DNA from: the human T2T-CHM13v2.0 reference genome, Homo sapiens
NCBI RefSeq assembly: GCF_009914755.1
Contig: NC_060936.1
Direction: 5' to 3' (one strand)
DNA: 64,000 nt
Part shown: piece after piece, positions 1 to 16,162 of the stretch
How the letters are laid out: each line of letters starts with the position of its first letter
How positions within the stretch are numbered: position 1 is the first letter of the stretch
The notes under the pieces: generated by a model
What the model saw: the letters and a program-made list of their open reading frames with translations, nothing else
Told to the model about the DNA's origin: nothing
Database searches by the model: none
Translations under genes and position numbers: made by a program

Positions 1-1526
<1,526 letters not shown>

Positions 1527-1589
1527 TATGATGTTAGCTGGTTATTTTGCTCATTAGTTGATGCAGTTTCTTCCTAGTATCAATGGTCT

Positions 1590-2611
1590 TTACAATTTGG
1601 CATGTTTTTTGCAGGGGCTGGTACCGGTTGTTCCTTTCCATGTTTAGTGTTTCCTTCAGGAGCTCTTGTAAGGCAGGCCTGGTGGTGACAAAATCTCTTA
1701 GCATTTGTTTGTCTGTAAAGGATTTTATTTCTCCATCACTTATGAAGCTTAGTTTGGCTGGATATGAAATTCTGGATTCAAAATTCTTTTCTTTAAGAAT
1801 GTTGAATATTGGCCCCCACTCTCTTCTGGCTTGTAGAGTTTCTGCCGAGATATCCGCTGTTAGTATGATGGGCTTCCCTTTGTAGGTAACCCAACCTTTC
1901 TCTCTGGCTGCCCTTAACATTTTTTCCTTCATTTCAACTTTGGTGAATCTGACAATTATGTGTCTTGGAGTTGCTCTTCTCGAGGAGTATCTTTGTGGCG
2001 TTCTCTGTGTTTCCTGAATTTGAATGTTGGCTTGCCTCGCTAGGTTGGGGAAGTTCTCCTGGATGATATCCTGAAGAGTGTCTTCCAACTTGGTTCCATT
2101 CTCCCCATCACTTTCAGGTAGACCAATCAGACGTAGATTTGGTCTTTTCACATAGTCCCATGTTCCTTGGAGGCTTTGTTCATTTCTTTTTACTCTTTTT
2201 TCTCTAAACTTCTCACTTCATTTCATTCATTCGATCTTCAATCACTGATACCCTTTCTTCCATTTGATCAAATTGGCTACTGAAGCTTGTGCATGCATCA
2301 TGTAGTTCTTGTGCCATGGTTTTCAGCTCCATCAGGTCATTTAAGGACCTCTCTACACTGTTTATTCTAGTTAGCCATTCGTCTACTCCTTTTTCAAGGT
2401 TTTTAGCTTTTTTGCGGTGCGTTTGAACATCCTCCTTTATCTCGGAGAAGTTTGTTATTACCGATCATCTGAAGCCTTCTTCACTCGACTTGTCAAAGTC
2501 ATTCTCCGTCCAGCTTTGTTCCATTGCTGGCAAGGAGCTGCATTCCTTTGGAGGAGAAAAGGCGCTCTGATTTTTGGAATTTTCAGCTTTTCTGCTCTGG
2601 TTTCTCCCCAT
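1590..2611 (-). pseudogene. Disrupted L1 ORF1 (MGRNQSRKAE...)
   Basis: ATG at 2611-2609 and native stop position at 1590-1592. Only a 205-aa fragment is open and it is frameshifted near the end. Confidence 0.85.
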
Positions 2612-3769
2612 CTTTGTGGTTTTATCTTCCTTTGGTCTTTGATGATGGTGATGTACAGGTGGGGTTTTGGTGTGGATGTCCTTTCTGCTTGTTAGTTTTC
2701 CTTCTAACAGTCAGGACCCTCAGCTGCAGGTCTGTTGGAATTTGCTGTAGGTCCACTCCAGACCCTGCTTGCCTGGGTATTACCAGCGGAGGCTGCAGAA
2801 CAGCAAATGTTGCTGCCTAATCCTTCCTCTGGAAGCTTCGTCTCAGAGGGGCACCCTGCCTTATGAGGTGTCAGTTGCTCCCCTACTGGGAGGTGCCTCC
2901 CAGTTAGGCTACTCAGGGGTCAGGGATCCACTTGAGGAGGCAGTCTGTCCGTTCTCAGATCTCAAATTTTGTGCTGGGAGAACCACTACTCTCATCAAAG
3001 CTGTCAGACAGGGATGTTTAATATTTATTTTTCAACATTTAAAACACAGAAGGGAAAATTCAGATACCAAATGAAAGCTATTACTGTGTACATATTCTAC
3101 TGAGTGTCATAAATTGAAATTAGTCCTAGGAACTAACAATGTACAAAAAGCATGTCCTGCCAACTCTGTGGTTATATTTAGCTCCTCAATATAAACCAAG
3201 GAATTATTTTTCCACTGTTTTCAATTCCTCTATGTTTCATACAAATAATTCTCTAAAAATACACATTTCAAAGTATCCTGACTCTAAAAATGCCACTCAA
3301 ATGACCTTTCATTGAAATTTTAAGTCTCCTACTGATACTAATTTAGACTAAAAAAAAACACAAAGTTGTAGTGTTGGGAAATAGAGAAGGCATTGAACCT
3401 TCCTGAGAGTTTATCAGCTAAGACATTCATGGTATTTGTAAAATTTCTATCTTTCTAAGCCTAAAATAGGATATAACCAAGCACAATTGCAAATCAAGTG
3501 AAGTCTGTCTTCATAGCTCCTCTTTCTAGTAATTAAAGTCTAGTATGCTGAAGAATTCTGCTTGTCGTACCAGCAAACTGAGCAGTGTTGGAGACTGGAA
3601 TGGGATACTCGAGGGCTGAGGTTGTATCTAAAAGAAGTGACAGAGTTCTGTACTTAAAGATATTTTGCAGTATCTTAAGATACATCCTTTTGAGAAGTTG
3701 ACCATAGACTCAAGCAACTCTTGAGGACTAAGATCTGTACAGATAATGAATTTCTGGAGAAGCCAAACA

Positions 3770-3990
3770 CAGTGGTTAGAAGTGTGGGCTCTAGAGAAAG
3801 ATTGCCTCACTAGAATCTTAGTGTTACAACTTGTTTGCTGTGGACCTTGGGGGAAATTATTTAAACTCTCTGAGCCTTGTTTCTTCATTTGTAAACTTCA
3901 ATGATAATAATACTTATCTTTTAGGGTTGTTATCAGAATTCAGTGAGTTAGTGTTTGCAAAGAGTAATAGTGCCTGAATCAAAGTATGTG
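3770..3990 (+). mobile_element. MIR SINE
   Basis: MIR core-like text (accttggggaaattatttaaactctctgagccttgtttcttcatttgtaaa...ataataatactta). Confidence 0.7.
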
Positions 3991-4954
3991 TTATTTAGGT
4001 CACTTAAAAATAAGTAAGTAAGTAAACCAACCATCCAACTAGTCTAATTCTACTTCTGGTAATGACAGATGAAGTTATTGCTGAACATAGCTCAAGTAAG
4101 CCAGAGGACACTTTTGAAAAATTCTTCTTAGAAGCACTGAAGATTTAATCAGATAGTGATGAACTACTAGGCTGATATCTAGGTAGTGGAAGAAATTCAG
4201 AACTATGGGCCTGGGATTTGATGCCAATTTTTCAGAGTCCAGAGCTCAGTAGATGTGGAGACTCTTACCACTCCTTCCTTGTTTTGGGATTCCTCTTTGT
4301 GTAAGAATATAACCAAAATAAACCGGCCCTCACATGGAAAAATGCCTGGTTTTAGGTCATCTGGGTATTCTCCCAAATCCTGAGGCTTAAAAAAGATAAA
4401 GAGTATTATTGAAGTGCCTTCAGACACCTCACAGAAAGAATAAAAAATATCCAAAGGAAGATAGAATTATGTAAGTCTTCAAAATTGTCTTTTAGACATA
4501 TTTTCAAAGAGAATGACTAGCACATCCTTAAAGACAATAAGCCACATAATGACACAAGTCAGATAAGTGAAATAGCAGAAAGAAAACCAAGAGGACTCCA
4601 AATGCTAGAATTATCAGATAAAGACTGAAAAACCATGATGTCTACAATGCTCGTTTTATGTTTATTTCAAATATAAAGACCATGTTTGAAGATTTAAGCA
4701 GAAAACTAGAAACCATAAGAAGTTATATCAAAGATTTAAGAAAGAATTAAATAAAAATTATAGAATTTAAACATACAATAACAAAAATTAAGAACTTGAA
4801 AGCATTAGAAAGCAGATTAGATATAACAAAAAAGAAAATTAGTGAACTAGAAAATAGAACAGAAAAATATCAAAATTAAGCACAGGGGAACAAAATCATG
4901 GAAAATAGAGGAAGTAATGACAAGACACATAAAGGAGAGAGATTGTCTAATGTA

Positions 4955-5297
4955 TAATCATGAACTGCATAACAACATTTTGGCCAAGGATGGACCTCCT
5001 ATCCAATGATGGTCTCATAAGATTATAATGTGTATTTTCACTATATCTTGTCTATATTTAGATATGCTTATATACACAAATATCATTGTGTTAAAATTGC
5101 CTACAGTATTCAGTAAAGTAACATACTTTGCAGTTTTATAGCTTAGGAGCAATAAGCTATACCATATAGCCTAGGTGGCAGTAGGCTTATATAAACTAGG
5201 TTTGTGTAAGTACACTCTATAATATTTGTAGAGTGATGAAACGACCTAATGGGGAATTTCTCAGAATGTGTTCTCGTTGTTAAGCCATATATGACTA
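4955..5297. mobile_element. Tigger3/MER7-like TcMar DNA transposon relic
   Basis: Recalled MER7-type text (gatggtctcataagattataat...gcctaggagcaataagctataccatatagcctagg...tttgtgtaagtacactctat). Confidence 0.65.
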
Positions 5298-5884
5298 CTT
5301 AGTTAAATTCCCAGAAGAAAAGAAAAAAAAGATAATTGAATAGAAGCAACTTTGAAGAGATAATGGCACAGAATTTTCAAAATTGGTGGTGAAAAACAGA
5401 GATTTATAGATTTAACAAGTCTAAAGCACCATGAGCAGCATAATTTTTTTAAACCCACACTTAGATATACAATAATGAAGCTGCATATAGTGGCAAAGAC
5501 AAAGAGAAAAATCTTACAGCAGCCAGAGAAGGAATACTGCCTTCAATGGAAACAATTATATGGGTTGTTTCCAATACCTTTCACAGCTATAAGAAAAACC
5601 AGAAGACAATAAAATAATATTATTTCAATGAATGGAAAGAACAAAACTTCTGAGTAAGAATTCCATACCCAGCAGTAACAACTCAAGAATGAAAGCAAAG
5701 TACAGGGTCACAACTAGGGTGAGGCAAGCAAGACACTCAGCATGCAAAGTTGAAGAAGGAAATCACTGTCAGAAGCCAGTCCTGCAAGTGCACAAGCTTG
5801 AGAGTGCATGCCTTCTTATATTTTACACACTAGGCAACTCGCTTGCCTTACCCTAGTGCTTTCACTGGCAAACTAAAGGCATTT

Positions 5885-6282
5885 TCTTTTTTTGGTCTTA
5901 ACTTTTATTTTAGGTTCAAGGGTACACATGCAGGTTTGTTACATGAGTAAACTCATGTCATGGGGGTTTGTCGTACAGATTATTTTGTCACCCAGGTACT
6001 AAGCCTAGTACCCAGTAGTTATTTTTTCTGCTCCTCTCCCTCCTTTCACCCTTTACCCTTAAGTAGACCCCAGTGTCTGTTGTTTCCTTCTTTGTGTTCA
6101 TAAGTTCTCATCATTTAGCTCTCACTTACATGTGAGAATATACAGTATTTGGTTTTCTGTTCCTGGATTAGTTGCTAAGGATCATGGCCTCCAGCTCCAT
6201 CTGTGTTCCCACAAAAGACTTGTTCTTTTTTATGGCTGCGTAGTATTCCATGGTGTATATGTACCACAGTTTCTTTATCCTA
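5885..6282 (-). mobile_element. L1P 3'-end fragment (older L1PA/PB)
   Basis: T-rich tail followed by the antisense L1 3'UTR (gtacacatgcaggtttgttacatg...gtagtattccatggtgtatatgtaccac). Confidence 0.8.
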
Positions 6283-7474
6283 TGAAACTTCAGGTTCAAC
6301 CTCACAGGGATAGTTTATAGAAGTAAGGTTCAAGTTAAAATTATCCAAATTTTTGAAATTGGACTAAAGCAATACCATATTCCTAGTGTCTTTAGCTGCC
6401 TATAGAAGCAAATTTATCTCCATTCTGGGGGAAGATAATATTTTCCTAGATGCCACATTATTTTTTATAGTTTTTTGTATACAATGTTCTGCACACAAGC
6501 AAAAATAACCAAACACACAAAGAGACAAGACAACAGAAATAAAAACAAGACAAACAATAAAAAACAGAAACATAACCACAGGGGAAGAAGTTAATAGCAT
6601 TATCCAATGTAAGCTTCAAAATAACTATCCTTAACATATTCAAGAAGATAAAAGACAAAACTGAGAATTTTGTCAGAGAAGTGAAAAATTATAACAGAAA
6701 GTAAAAAAAAAATAACTAAAATTAAGGACTCATTAGATGGGTTTAACTGCAGACAAGATGAGTCTGAAGAAAGAAGTAGTAAACTGGATGATCAGTCAGG
6801 AGCAGATATTTAGGATGAAGCACAAAGAAGTGCATGGATGGGAATTGCAAAAGAGAAGGTAAGAAAAACAGGGAACACAGTAAGAATATCTAACATACAT
6901 GTAATTGGAGTCCTAGAAGAAATAAAGACAGAAAATAGAACAAGAGCAATATCTGAAGAGAAATTAGCTGTGAATGTTTCCAAATCTTACAAAAGACATC
7001 AAGCCAAATATTTAAGAAGTTCAATGACTCTGAAGTCAAATTAATTAAAATAAATTCAGATTTTGCCACATTGAGGTGAAATCCCATAGAACCAAAGAAG
7101 AAAAATCTTAAAATAGTCATAGGGCAAAAAAATACAGTCAACTCAAAAGCCCTACAGCTGGCTACTCAACAGAAACAATGAAAACCAAAAGACTATGAAA
7201 CCGTATCCTCAAAGAGATTAAAAAAAAAAAAGACTAACAATCTAAAATTCTCTACCAGAAGAAAATACCTTTCAGCAATGTAGGTAAAATCAAATGACAT
7301 TAAGACAAATGAAGGATGAGTCATCTGTCACCAACAGATCCACACTCATAGAAATACAAAGAATGTTCTTCAGGCCAGAGTAAAATAACCACAGACGCTC
7401 TAAAGTGTAGGAAGAAATAAGAACAATGTAAAGGAAAATGTCTAGGTATATCTAAATGAACATTGAGAGTATAA

Positions 7475-7810
<336 letters not shown>

Positions 7811-8586
7811 TAAAAATTATATAGAGTTAAAATACTTAACAATCAACATGAAAGTTTGGAGGAAATTAAATGGAATTAAATTTTTCTAATGACCTTATAT
7901 TTTCCAGGAAAAGGAAAAAAGTATCAAGTTTTATAAGTCAAGGAAGCATGTTATAATAATTAGGGTCACCAATAAGAGGAATACAAATATGTATAACTAC
8001 CAAACTAATAAAGTTGCTGAAATGGAATATCGAAAAATTTGGTGTAACAAGATGGGCAAATAGAAAACAAATAGAAGATTAAATCCCGTATCCAATCAGG
8101 AGAAAGGAACGACACCGTATTTTGAACAGGGAAGGTTTTATATAAAGAATATTTAACTACTGAATAGAGAGTACCTACTGAACGGTAAAGGGAACCGTAA
8201 AGAAAGTCAGAAGAGTAGATGAAGGGAATATCCTTTACCTCTAGGACTAGAGGCCGGTCATTCAAAATACAAAAATATCTGGACACTCTCCCTTTTCCCT
8301 AGGGCTTAAATCCAGTCTCATTGGAAAGGTTGTGGGCATGGCTCACAGGATGGCAGACAAGTTTGGTAAGGTGCCCCAATAACAGGTCTTACTGGGAAGC
8401 CTCCCCTTAAGTCCTAGAGAAAGCTATTCCCGGGGAGGTGTTACATATTTTTGACCTCTTCATCCTCCTTTGTCTTTCTAGTGGCCTTTACTGATAAAAT
8501 GTAGCACTCTGTCTACCAGTTGTCAGAGAAAAAATTTTCTAATGTCACAAGCATGGCAGTGAAGGGTGGCTTTGGGGCAGAGAAGC

Positions 8587-9010
8587 TGCTATGCTTAGGA
8601 TACTTGTCCCCCCAAATCTCATGTTAAAATTTGATCACCAGTGTGGTAGTGTTGAGAGACAGGGCCTAATGGGTGGTGTTTGGGCCATGGGAGCAGATTC
8701 CTCATAAATAGATTAGTGACTTCCCTGGGAGTGGGGGATGAGTTCTCACTCTATTAATTCCTGTAAGAGCTGATTGTTAAGAAGAGCCTGGCACCGCCCC
8801 TACCCCTCTTGCTTTCTCTCCCGCTGTGTGATCTCTGCACATACAGGCTCCCCTTTGTCTTCCACCACGAGTAGAAATAGCCTGAGGCCCTCACCGGATG
8901 CCCAATATTGAACCTTCCAGCCAGCAGAATCATAAGCCAAATAAACTTCTTTTCTTTATAAGCTACCTAGCCTTAGGTATCCCTTTACAGCAACACTAAA
9001 TGGACTAGAA
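8587..9010 (+). mobile_element. MST-type MaLR solo LTR (MSTB-like)
   Basis: tgctatg...aaatctcatgttaaaatttgatc...gccaaataaacttcttttctttataag...atggacta is typical MST structure. Confidence 0.8.
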
Positions 9011-10443
9011 CTGAGGTGATGTAACTGGTGTAAACTAATGAATCAGTAATTGAATTGAATATAAACAAAGTGATCCCCTTAAAAGGCAAAGATTTTCATG
9101 AAATCACAACTAGATGCTACTTGCAAAAAAGTACATCTAAGAAATAAAGACATAGAAGATATAAAAACAAATGTATGTAAAATGATAAACTGAACAAGAA
9201 TCTAATAAATGGTGGCCTTACCTCATTAATACCAAACAGATACTTAGACATACTATTACTAGAAATAAGAGTAGACATTTCACTTTGATAAGTTCAATTC
9301 ACAAAGATTGTATAACAAATAAAAAATTGTATGTATCTAATAAGTTAGCCTCAAAATATATGGATGCAAAAATTGATGAAGTTACAAAGTGAAATGGACA
9401 AATCCATAATTATATTGTAACATACATTTTCCAGTAACTTATTAAATTAGCAGATAAAAATCAGTAAGGATATAGAAGATTTGTGGGTTTGTTGCAACGA
9501 TAGACACATAGGTCTCTGGAACCATAAAGAGAACTAACATACCCACATGTATACTAACACTTGATTTATCACATACATAGCATTGGAGTTTAATGAGGGA
9601 AAGATGGTTTTTTCAGTAAATGTTGTGGAACAAAGAAAAACACTAATGTAAAGAAAATGAACAATACAGTGGACTAATATTAAAATTATGAACTTCTGTA
9701 CATCAAAATACATTAATAAGAGACTAAAAGACAAGATACGGAGTGGTAGAAGTTATTTGCATAGCATTTATATTACATATACTGATGAAGAGATTAGATC
9801 CAGAGCATTATAAAAAAGACAACTAAATAATAAAAGGTCCAAAATCTTAAACACATAAGAAGAAAATCTTTCTTCACATAGGAAGAAAAGCAAATGGCTG
9901 ATAAAAGTGTTCAACCTTATTAGTAATTGGGGAACATGTGATTTAAACTAATGTGAGATACAAAATACCCACTTGAGTAGCTAAAATTAATAGTCTGACA
10001 ATAACTGAAAGTGGTGCAAAAGCAACGGTCATTCATTGCAAATTAGACTGTACACTGGCATAACCACTTTGGAAAACAGGTGTGATCTAGAACGAATGAA
10101 GATACATAAGTCGTATGACCCAGTTGAATACCCAGTTGTTTTCTTTCCCTAAGTATCTACTCTATAGAAATGCAGACTTACTTGTATCAAAAGATATACA
10201 TAAGAATTTCCAAAGCAGCATTTTGTGTAGTAGCCAAATGTCTATTAATAATAGGGTGGATTTAAAAAAGAAAATCTGACATATTTATTTAACTGAATGT
10301 TATACAGTAATGGAAAGTAATTAACTACAACTCATATTTACAATGTGGATAGTTGAAATAATGGAATGATGAGTAGAAGAAACAAGCTAGAATAGAATAA
10401 CATAAAGTTCAAAACCAGGCTAAATGAAACAATAATGTTTCGG

Positions 10444-10565
10444 ATGCATACTTTTGTAGTTTATATATATATAAATAAACTACAGTTTATAAACTAAAGT
10501 TTATTAACTAAACTTTATAACTAAACTGTAGTTTATTTATATATATAAACTACAAAAGTATGCAT
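10444..10565. repeat. AT-rich inverted repeat with ~44-bp arms
   Basis: 10444-10489 is the reverse complement of 10522-10565 except for one TA unit. Confidence 0.9.
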
Positions 10566-12087
10566 ATATATATATGAACAGCAACAAAATGAAAACCGTA
10601 CAAGTCAAGAATGTGGGAATGCCTTAGGGAGGAAGAGGTTGTGATTCAGTGGAGCATCTGGGGATTTCCGGGGTGATGGCAATATTCCATTTCTATATCT
10701 GGGTAAGAGTTACATGAATGCTTTTTAATAATTCACTTAGCTGAACATATATGTTTTTGCACTTTTCAAAAGGTATGTAATATTTCATAACAAAACAGCT
10801 TCAAATCCAAAAAATAAACAATTCTAACATAGTGAAGTAATTCTAACAAAGGTGACACATTGTGCTGGATATTTCCCGTTTCTTCTCCCTTTTAATGCTG
10901 ATAAAAATACTGCAGTTCGCATAATCATATATTCCAGCATTACCATCTCCATTTTAGGGGTATGAACTATTTTTTTGGTCATTGTTATCTTCCAAAACCT
11001 GGCACTATGCCTGGTATTCAGTAGGAACCATATATGTTTGTTAGTAAACAGGGGTTCAGAGATGTTAAATGCTTTTCTTCACAAGGGAACGTGTTATACA
11101 TGCAGCGGAACCTGCAAACCTAGGTTTTCTTAGTCCAAGCTCCATCAGGCATGCCACATCTGCCTCTCCACGTTTCTGCTGTGGCAAACAGAAGCTCCCC
11201 CTGATTCTGATGGCCAACTGCACGCACAGCTAAATAGAAAACCTATTTCCAACCATGGACTGTAAATAGCTTGCAAGACTAAAAGGCAACTAGAAAGCTA
11301 AAAAACAAAAAAAAAAGCCTTGACTACAGAGCCTGCCCATGATAGGACAAAATGGGAATTGTGCACCTTTTACTGCTGTGATAAACTGACATCAGATAGG
11401 GAACTAGCATCCCTTCCTCCAGGCGGCAAGCACTGTCCTTTTGCCCTCACTACAGTATTTGCAGGTGTTATTCTGGAAGCAACAGAAATAATATTAAAAT
11501 TGTATTTTTTAAGTATTTGAAGTTCCCCCATTTTTTCCCATTGCCTACAGTATGTTTAACTAGTTCATCAGAAGATAGTCAAGGAGTATTGGTGTAATTA
11601 TTTCAATACAATTAAACAGTCTTTAGGCCTAGTTCCCTGAACATGTTTACATTGTGATAGTAATAAAAATGTGTTTCTTACTGGTTCCTGACATACAGAA
11701 ATTATACAAAAGTCTAACAGAACAGAAAGGTTTTACCCTGTGCACTGACAGTGACAAACTCAGCAGATTCTCAAGTAGGGGAGCAAGCTCTAGGGACTCT
11801 CATGAGAAGGGGTTTTTCAAACTGCAGGTCACAATCTGTTAGTAGGTCCCAACCATTTAGAAAAAAATAAAATAGATCAGAAAACACTGGAATGCATTGC
11901 CCCTAGTAAGAGTGAATACTGTTTCATGAAATATTTGTTTCACATTACATATTTATGTGTGCATGCATACATATGTATGTGTATATGTATCTATAAATTT
12001 GCATGTACCAAGTTGTGTTATAAAATGTTTTTCTTAATATGGGACCTGGTAAAAATGTGTCTGCAAAAAGCTGATTTGGTGCTATTT

Positions 12088-12237
12088 TCTTCTATATTCT
12101 ATAATATATGAAAGGCCTATGTAAGTGTTCACTTTTGTGATAATTAAGATTGAACAAAGAGTCTTCTATATTCTATAATATATATGAAAGGCCTATACAA
12201 GTGTACACTTTTGTGATAATTAAGATTGAACAAAGAG
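12088..12237. repeat. Tandem duplication, ~75-bp unit x2
   Basis: tcttctatattctataata...gataattaagattgaacaaagag occurs twice with few differences. Confidence 0.9.
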
Positions 12238-12545
12238 AAATTTTGGGGCAGTTAACTGGTTTATCATCACATGTGACCTAATTAATCTGAATCTTGATAG
12301 TGACCCAGAAACAAATGGCAGCCAGGTGACCAGCAGGCGCTAGCAAATTCTGTTACACCATTAAGCTAAAGCAAGAAACAACTGTTAATATTCTGCACTG
12401 TTTTTTAATCTGGTCCAAAGGCAACAAAGTGAGGCATGACTGAGTCCCTGATCGGTGCCAATGTACCTGAAGACTAATCCTCTAACTCTTCCTAGGTGCC
12501 ACCAAAGACTTAGAACCAATCAGGTTATGGACGTTCAATAACAAA

Positions 12546-12611
12546 TGTCAACTGAGTTGCCTCATGACAAAGCATGAGGTTGTCAACTGAGTTGCCTCAT
12601 GACAAAACATG
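12546..12611. repeat. Tandem duplication, 35-bp period
   Basis: tgtcaactgagttgcctcatgacaaa(g/a)catg twice. Confidence 0.85.
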
Positions 12612-13854
12612 CTTCATGTTTGAATATTTCTCCTTATTTACTGCAACTCCTCCTGTTTTAGTGTTTTCTGTTTATGTTTGTCTCTAATAGGACAGGATTT
12701 AGTTTCATTTCATATATGAAAGAGATTATAAAGCTACCTCAATTCAGAATATTTATCTTTTTGGCATAATGGCCTTATTTAGATACTGAATTATTTGGGG
12801 TATATGAAAAAAAAACTTTTATCATTATTAGAGCAAACAGACTCTGGAGTATTCAGAGGTAAGTCTACCCTGACAGATTATATGCAAATAAAAGTTTGGT
12901 TAATTGACTATTTTACTACAACTGCAAAAGCATAGACATACATTTTGAATGAAGATTTGTGAAATGACTTGGTAGAGATAGAAGTAAAGACATTTTCTTT
13001 GCGAAGATAAATAGTCTAGGTCTCTTTCTAATTGCATGATGAGTCATGCAAGAGCATGCAATAGCCTGGTTGAATCCTGGACACAGCAAACATAGTTTGG
13101 AAAGTAGTAAGAGCCGAATTTTGTGACTGATTCTAAAATAATCAAATACACTTGATCAGTATGACTTATTTTCCTCAGAGTTTCCATGGGATCATTGGTG
13201 ATAATAAAACATTTTAACTCATGAGAACGGTTTGCTCCCTTTCTGAGCTATGGGGGTGAACACAAGTACTAAGAAGACAGTAAACGTTTGAAAGGGAGAT
13301 TGAAAAAAGATTTGTACTTTTTTCAAAATACAAACACTACTGCTAATTCCTCACCATCTTTCTCTTACTCTCAGGAAGAGAGTACAATCCTGTTTTAACA
13401 CTGTTGACAGTTTAGCACAGCCTCACTGCTAGTAACCCTTTCTGTTAGAGGACTTACTGATGTGCCAGGTGCTGGGCAAAGTTTTCTATACATGTTTCCC
13501 TTTTGTCTTTACAACAAACCTGTGTACTAGAGACTGTTATCCTTAAATAAAACAAGGCTCATGAAACTCCAAAGCCTGTTTTCTAACTTAGGACTTTCTA
13601 TCCCATTCCAAATCCTTAACACTGCCATACACTGCAGTTTGACAGCATTTTACTTCTATCTCCTAAGATGCTCTGTGTTACCAAAAAACAAGAAACTTCA
13701 AGTAACTTAAAGGCAAGATATTTACGTCCCCAAATAATGAAATTCTCACATATAATTATGTTTTTGTGGAAGGCCATCTTGTACAGAGAGCTATTATTTA
13801 TAGGCTGTACAATATACATGCAATGTATATATTTTAATTTAAAACAAGGGTTTT

Positions 13855-13975
13855 CAGATAGAAATGGAGTCTCACTGATGTTGCCCAGGCTGATCTTGAA
13901 CTTCTGGCTTCAAGCGATCCTTCTGTCTCCATCTCCCAACAAGCTGGGATTACAGGCATGAGCCACCACACATGG
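13855..13975 (-). mobile_element. Alu monomer (FLAM/AluJ fragment)
   Basis: Antisense left-arm Alu sequence. Confidence 0.75.
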
Positions 13976-16122
13976 GTAGTATTTTATATTATTGCTCAAA
14001 ATTGTTGTTAAACCCCTCTATTCTTATACTGCTATTCTCATGTTGTCATACTAGTCCCACTCTTCTAAGAAAATACTATTAGGTACATCCAGGCTGAGGT
14101 TTGGTTTACTCTTCAAGAAAATTTTAGGAAAGACTAGCGTCAGCCAACTCTCAAACAGTGCCATAACAAATATTGAAATTACAACCTTAAAGTTTACCTT
14201 TTAAAGAACAAATGCTTCTTTCTAAAAAGACGAGAGGCAAGTGTCATGGCCCACCACTACTGAGAACCAACTGTAAATCATTACTGTGTGTCTCACTCAT
14301 TGAAGAGTAGATGATAAACACTTTCATCTTCGAGATTATGTGTACTCAAGCTGTGGGCTTATTATGTAAAACAAAGTTGACAGCATGTGTTGGGAGAAAT
14401 TTGAAATCAAGAAGAAAATTAGTTTCCTTTATCCCTAGAATTTCCAAACACTTGTGGCTGTAGGTGTGTTCTCTATTTTTTATATTAGGGAATTCCTATC
14501 TTTTCTGGTTGAAAGAATATGAGAAAATTGCCTCAGAATCTTTAGTGCTAAATTTCCAAAGAAAAAGTCAGAGAACAGAAGCAGAAAGAGTATGACCTGT
14601 TTCATTGGGCTAAATAATTTATTCTCCTGAGATGTATTTTTGAGGGACTGGCCACCCAAAGGAGTGCTTAAAGTAAAACCAAAATTAATAGATGACCCAA
14701 CCCCCAATTGACCAGAGTCTTCAATTTAACCAAAATGGCCTAACAGTGCCCTATTTTCAGAGAAAGTGGTAGATGGCAAGCACATGATGCCAACTTAAGT
14801 ATTTTGTGAAAATAATTCCTAAATGTCAAGTGTTTACTTGAGGTTAGTGTTTACTTGAGGTCAGCACACACTGTTTAATCTTCCATTGCACACTTCTAGA
14901 AATTGAAAGTTGGTATGAAGAATGACAGCTCTGCTTCCATTCAAATCCTTTATTAGGAAAAAAAGGAGATTTAATCATCTTTACTGTAATGAAGTGCACA
15001 ATAGCATCCAAAGTCATTTTTAATATAAAAGTTGAACAAAAAGCATTTTTTAAATTAAACAAAATTGACTCAGAAAAATAATCAACCAAAGCGTTCCTCA
15101 TTCCTTTAACGGAGAGGTTCTTTCATTGAGCCCTTTTTTCCGGAGGGGCCAAGGGGGTTCTGGAGCTTCACATGAAGAAAGTTAATAGTTTCTACATTGG
15201 AGAATAAGTTCTTTATCTTCTGGAGCCGTAACGGGCACTTTATGCCATTATCCACTACGTTTTCTGTGAGATCCGAAATAATTCAATAGATGACATTTAA
15301 TTTCATTATGAAGTCACTATTAATTATTTGCTATTGTCAATCTCAAGCTGATAAATCAAAATAGTACTGGAGCCAAGGGATATGGAATACTTTTGCTCTT
15401 TTTTTTTTTAAATCTTCAATTGTGAAGCAAGTATAAAATCCAAATCTGACATATAATTGCATCTATTCTCTGATGGAAGATACAGTAAATGACATTGTGG
15501 ATTTGGATTATTCCTGCTTTATAACTAACCCCGACATAGTGCCCAGAGTGCAAAAATCAAAGGGAACTGATTCTCCTTATGCAATATTGCAGGGTTGTAG
15601 TAGCCTTTTGACAAGGGTACTAGGTGATACTCACAGACCCAGAATGAGAAAATTCGGGTTCTCTTGGAACTGATACTGGCACTCTGGGATGTGTGAAAAA
15701 GTGGGACTGATGTTTTCAAATATATTTTGAAAATGTTTAACTGTGATGAGGATAGACTTCAAAATACTTCATAAAGAAATGGAATTAGAGAGGGACCTTT
15801 AAAGATGGGTAGGACTGCAGAAAAAGGAGCTCTGGCAGGGCCAGAAGAAAAAGGATACTTCTTGATTTTGCTTTCAGACCAATGTTTTCAAATATTTTAA
15901 TTGCTTGCATACCCTTAACAGTTAAAAATAATTGAGTGCCTTCCCCAAGATATGATGTTTAATTTATTTGTAAATTGTAGACATATATTATCATTCTAAC
16001 AAAGTATGTACACATACAAAATAGAATTAAAAAATAAATATAAACAAAAATTCATACATTTTCTTGCTAAACCTCAGTGGATAGTCTTGAGCAACCCCTG
16101 GAGTACACCTTCCATGTCCCCT

Positions 16123-16160
<38 letters not shown>
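16123..16160. repeat. (CT)n(CA)n microsatellite
   Basis: Read directly. Confidence 0.9.

Positions 16161-16162
<2 letters not shown>

Noticed and set aside
2612-3021. L1 antisense promoter/ORF0 driving transcripts toward CAND1
   Set aside because: The element lacks roughly the first 500 nt or more of the 5'UTR, where ORF0 and most of the antisense promoter lie.
12088-12611. CRISPR-like repeat array
   Set aside because: Only two adjacent copies per unit, no spacers, no cas genes, and the DNA is eukaryotic.
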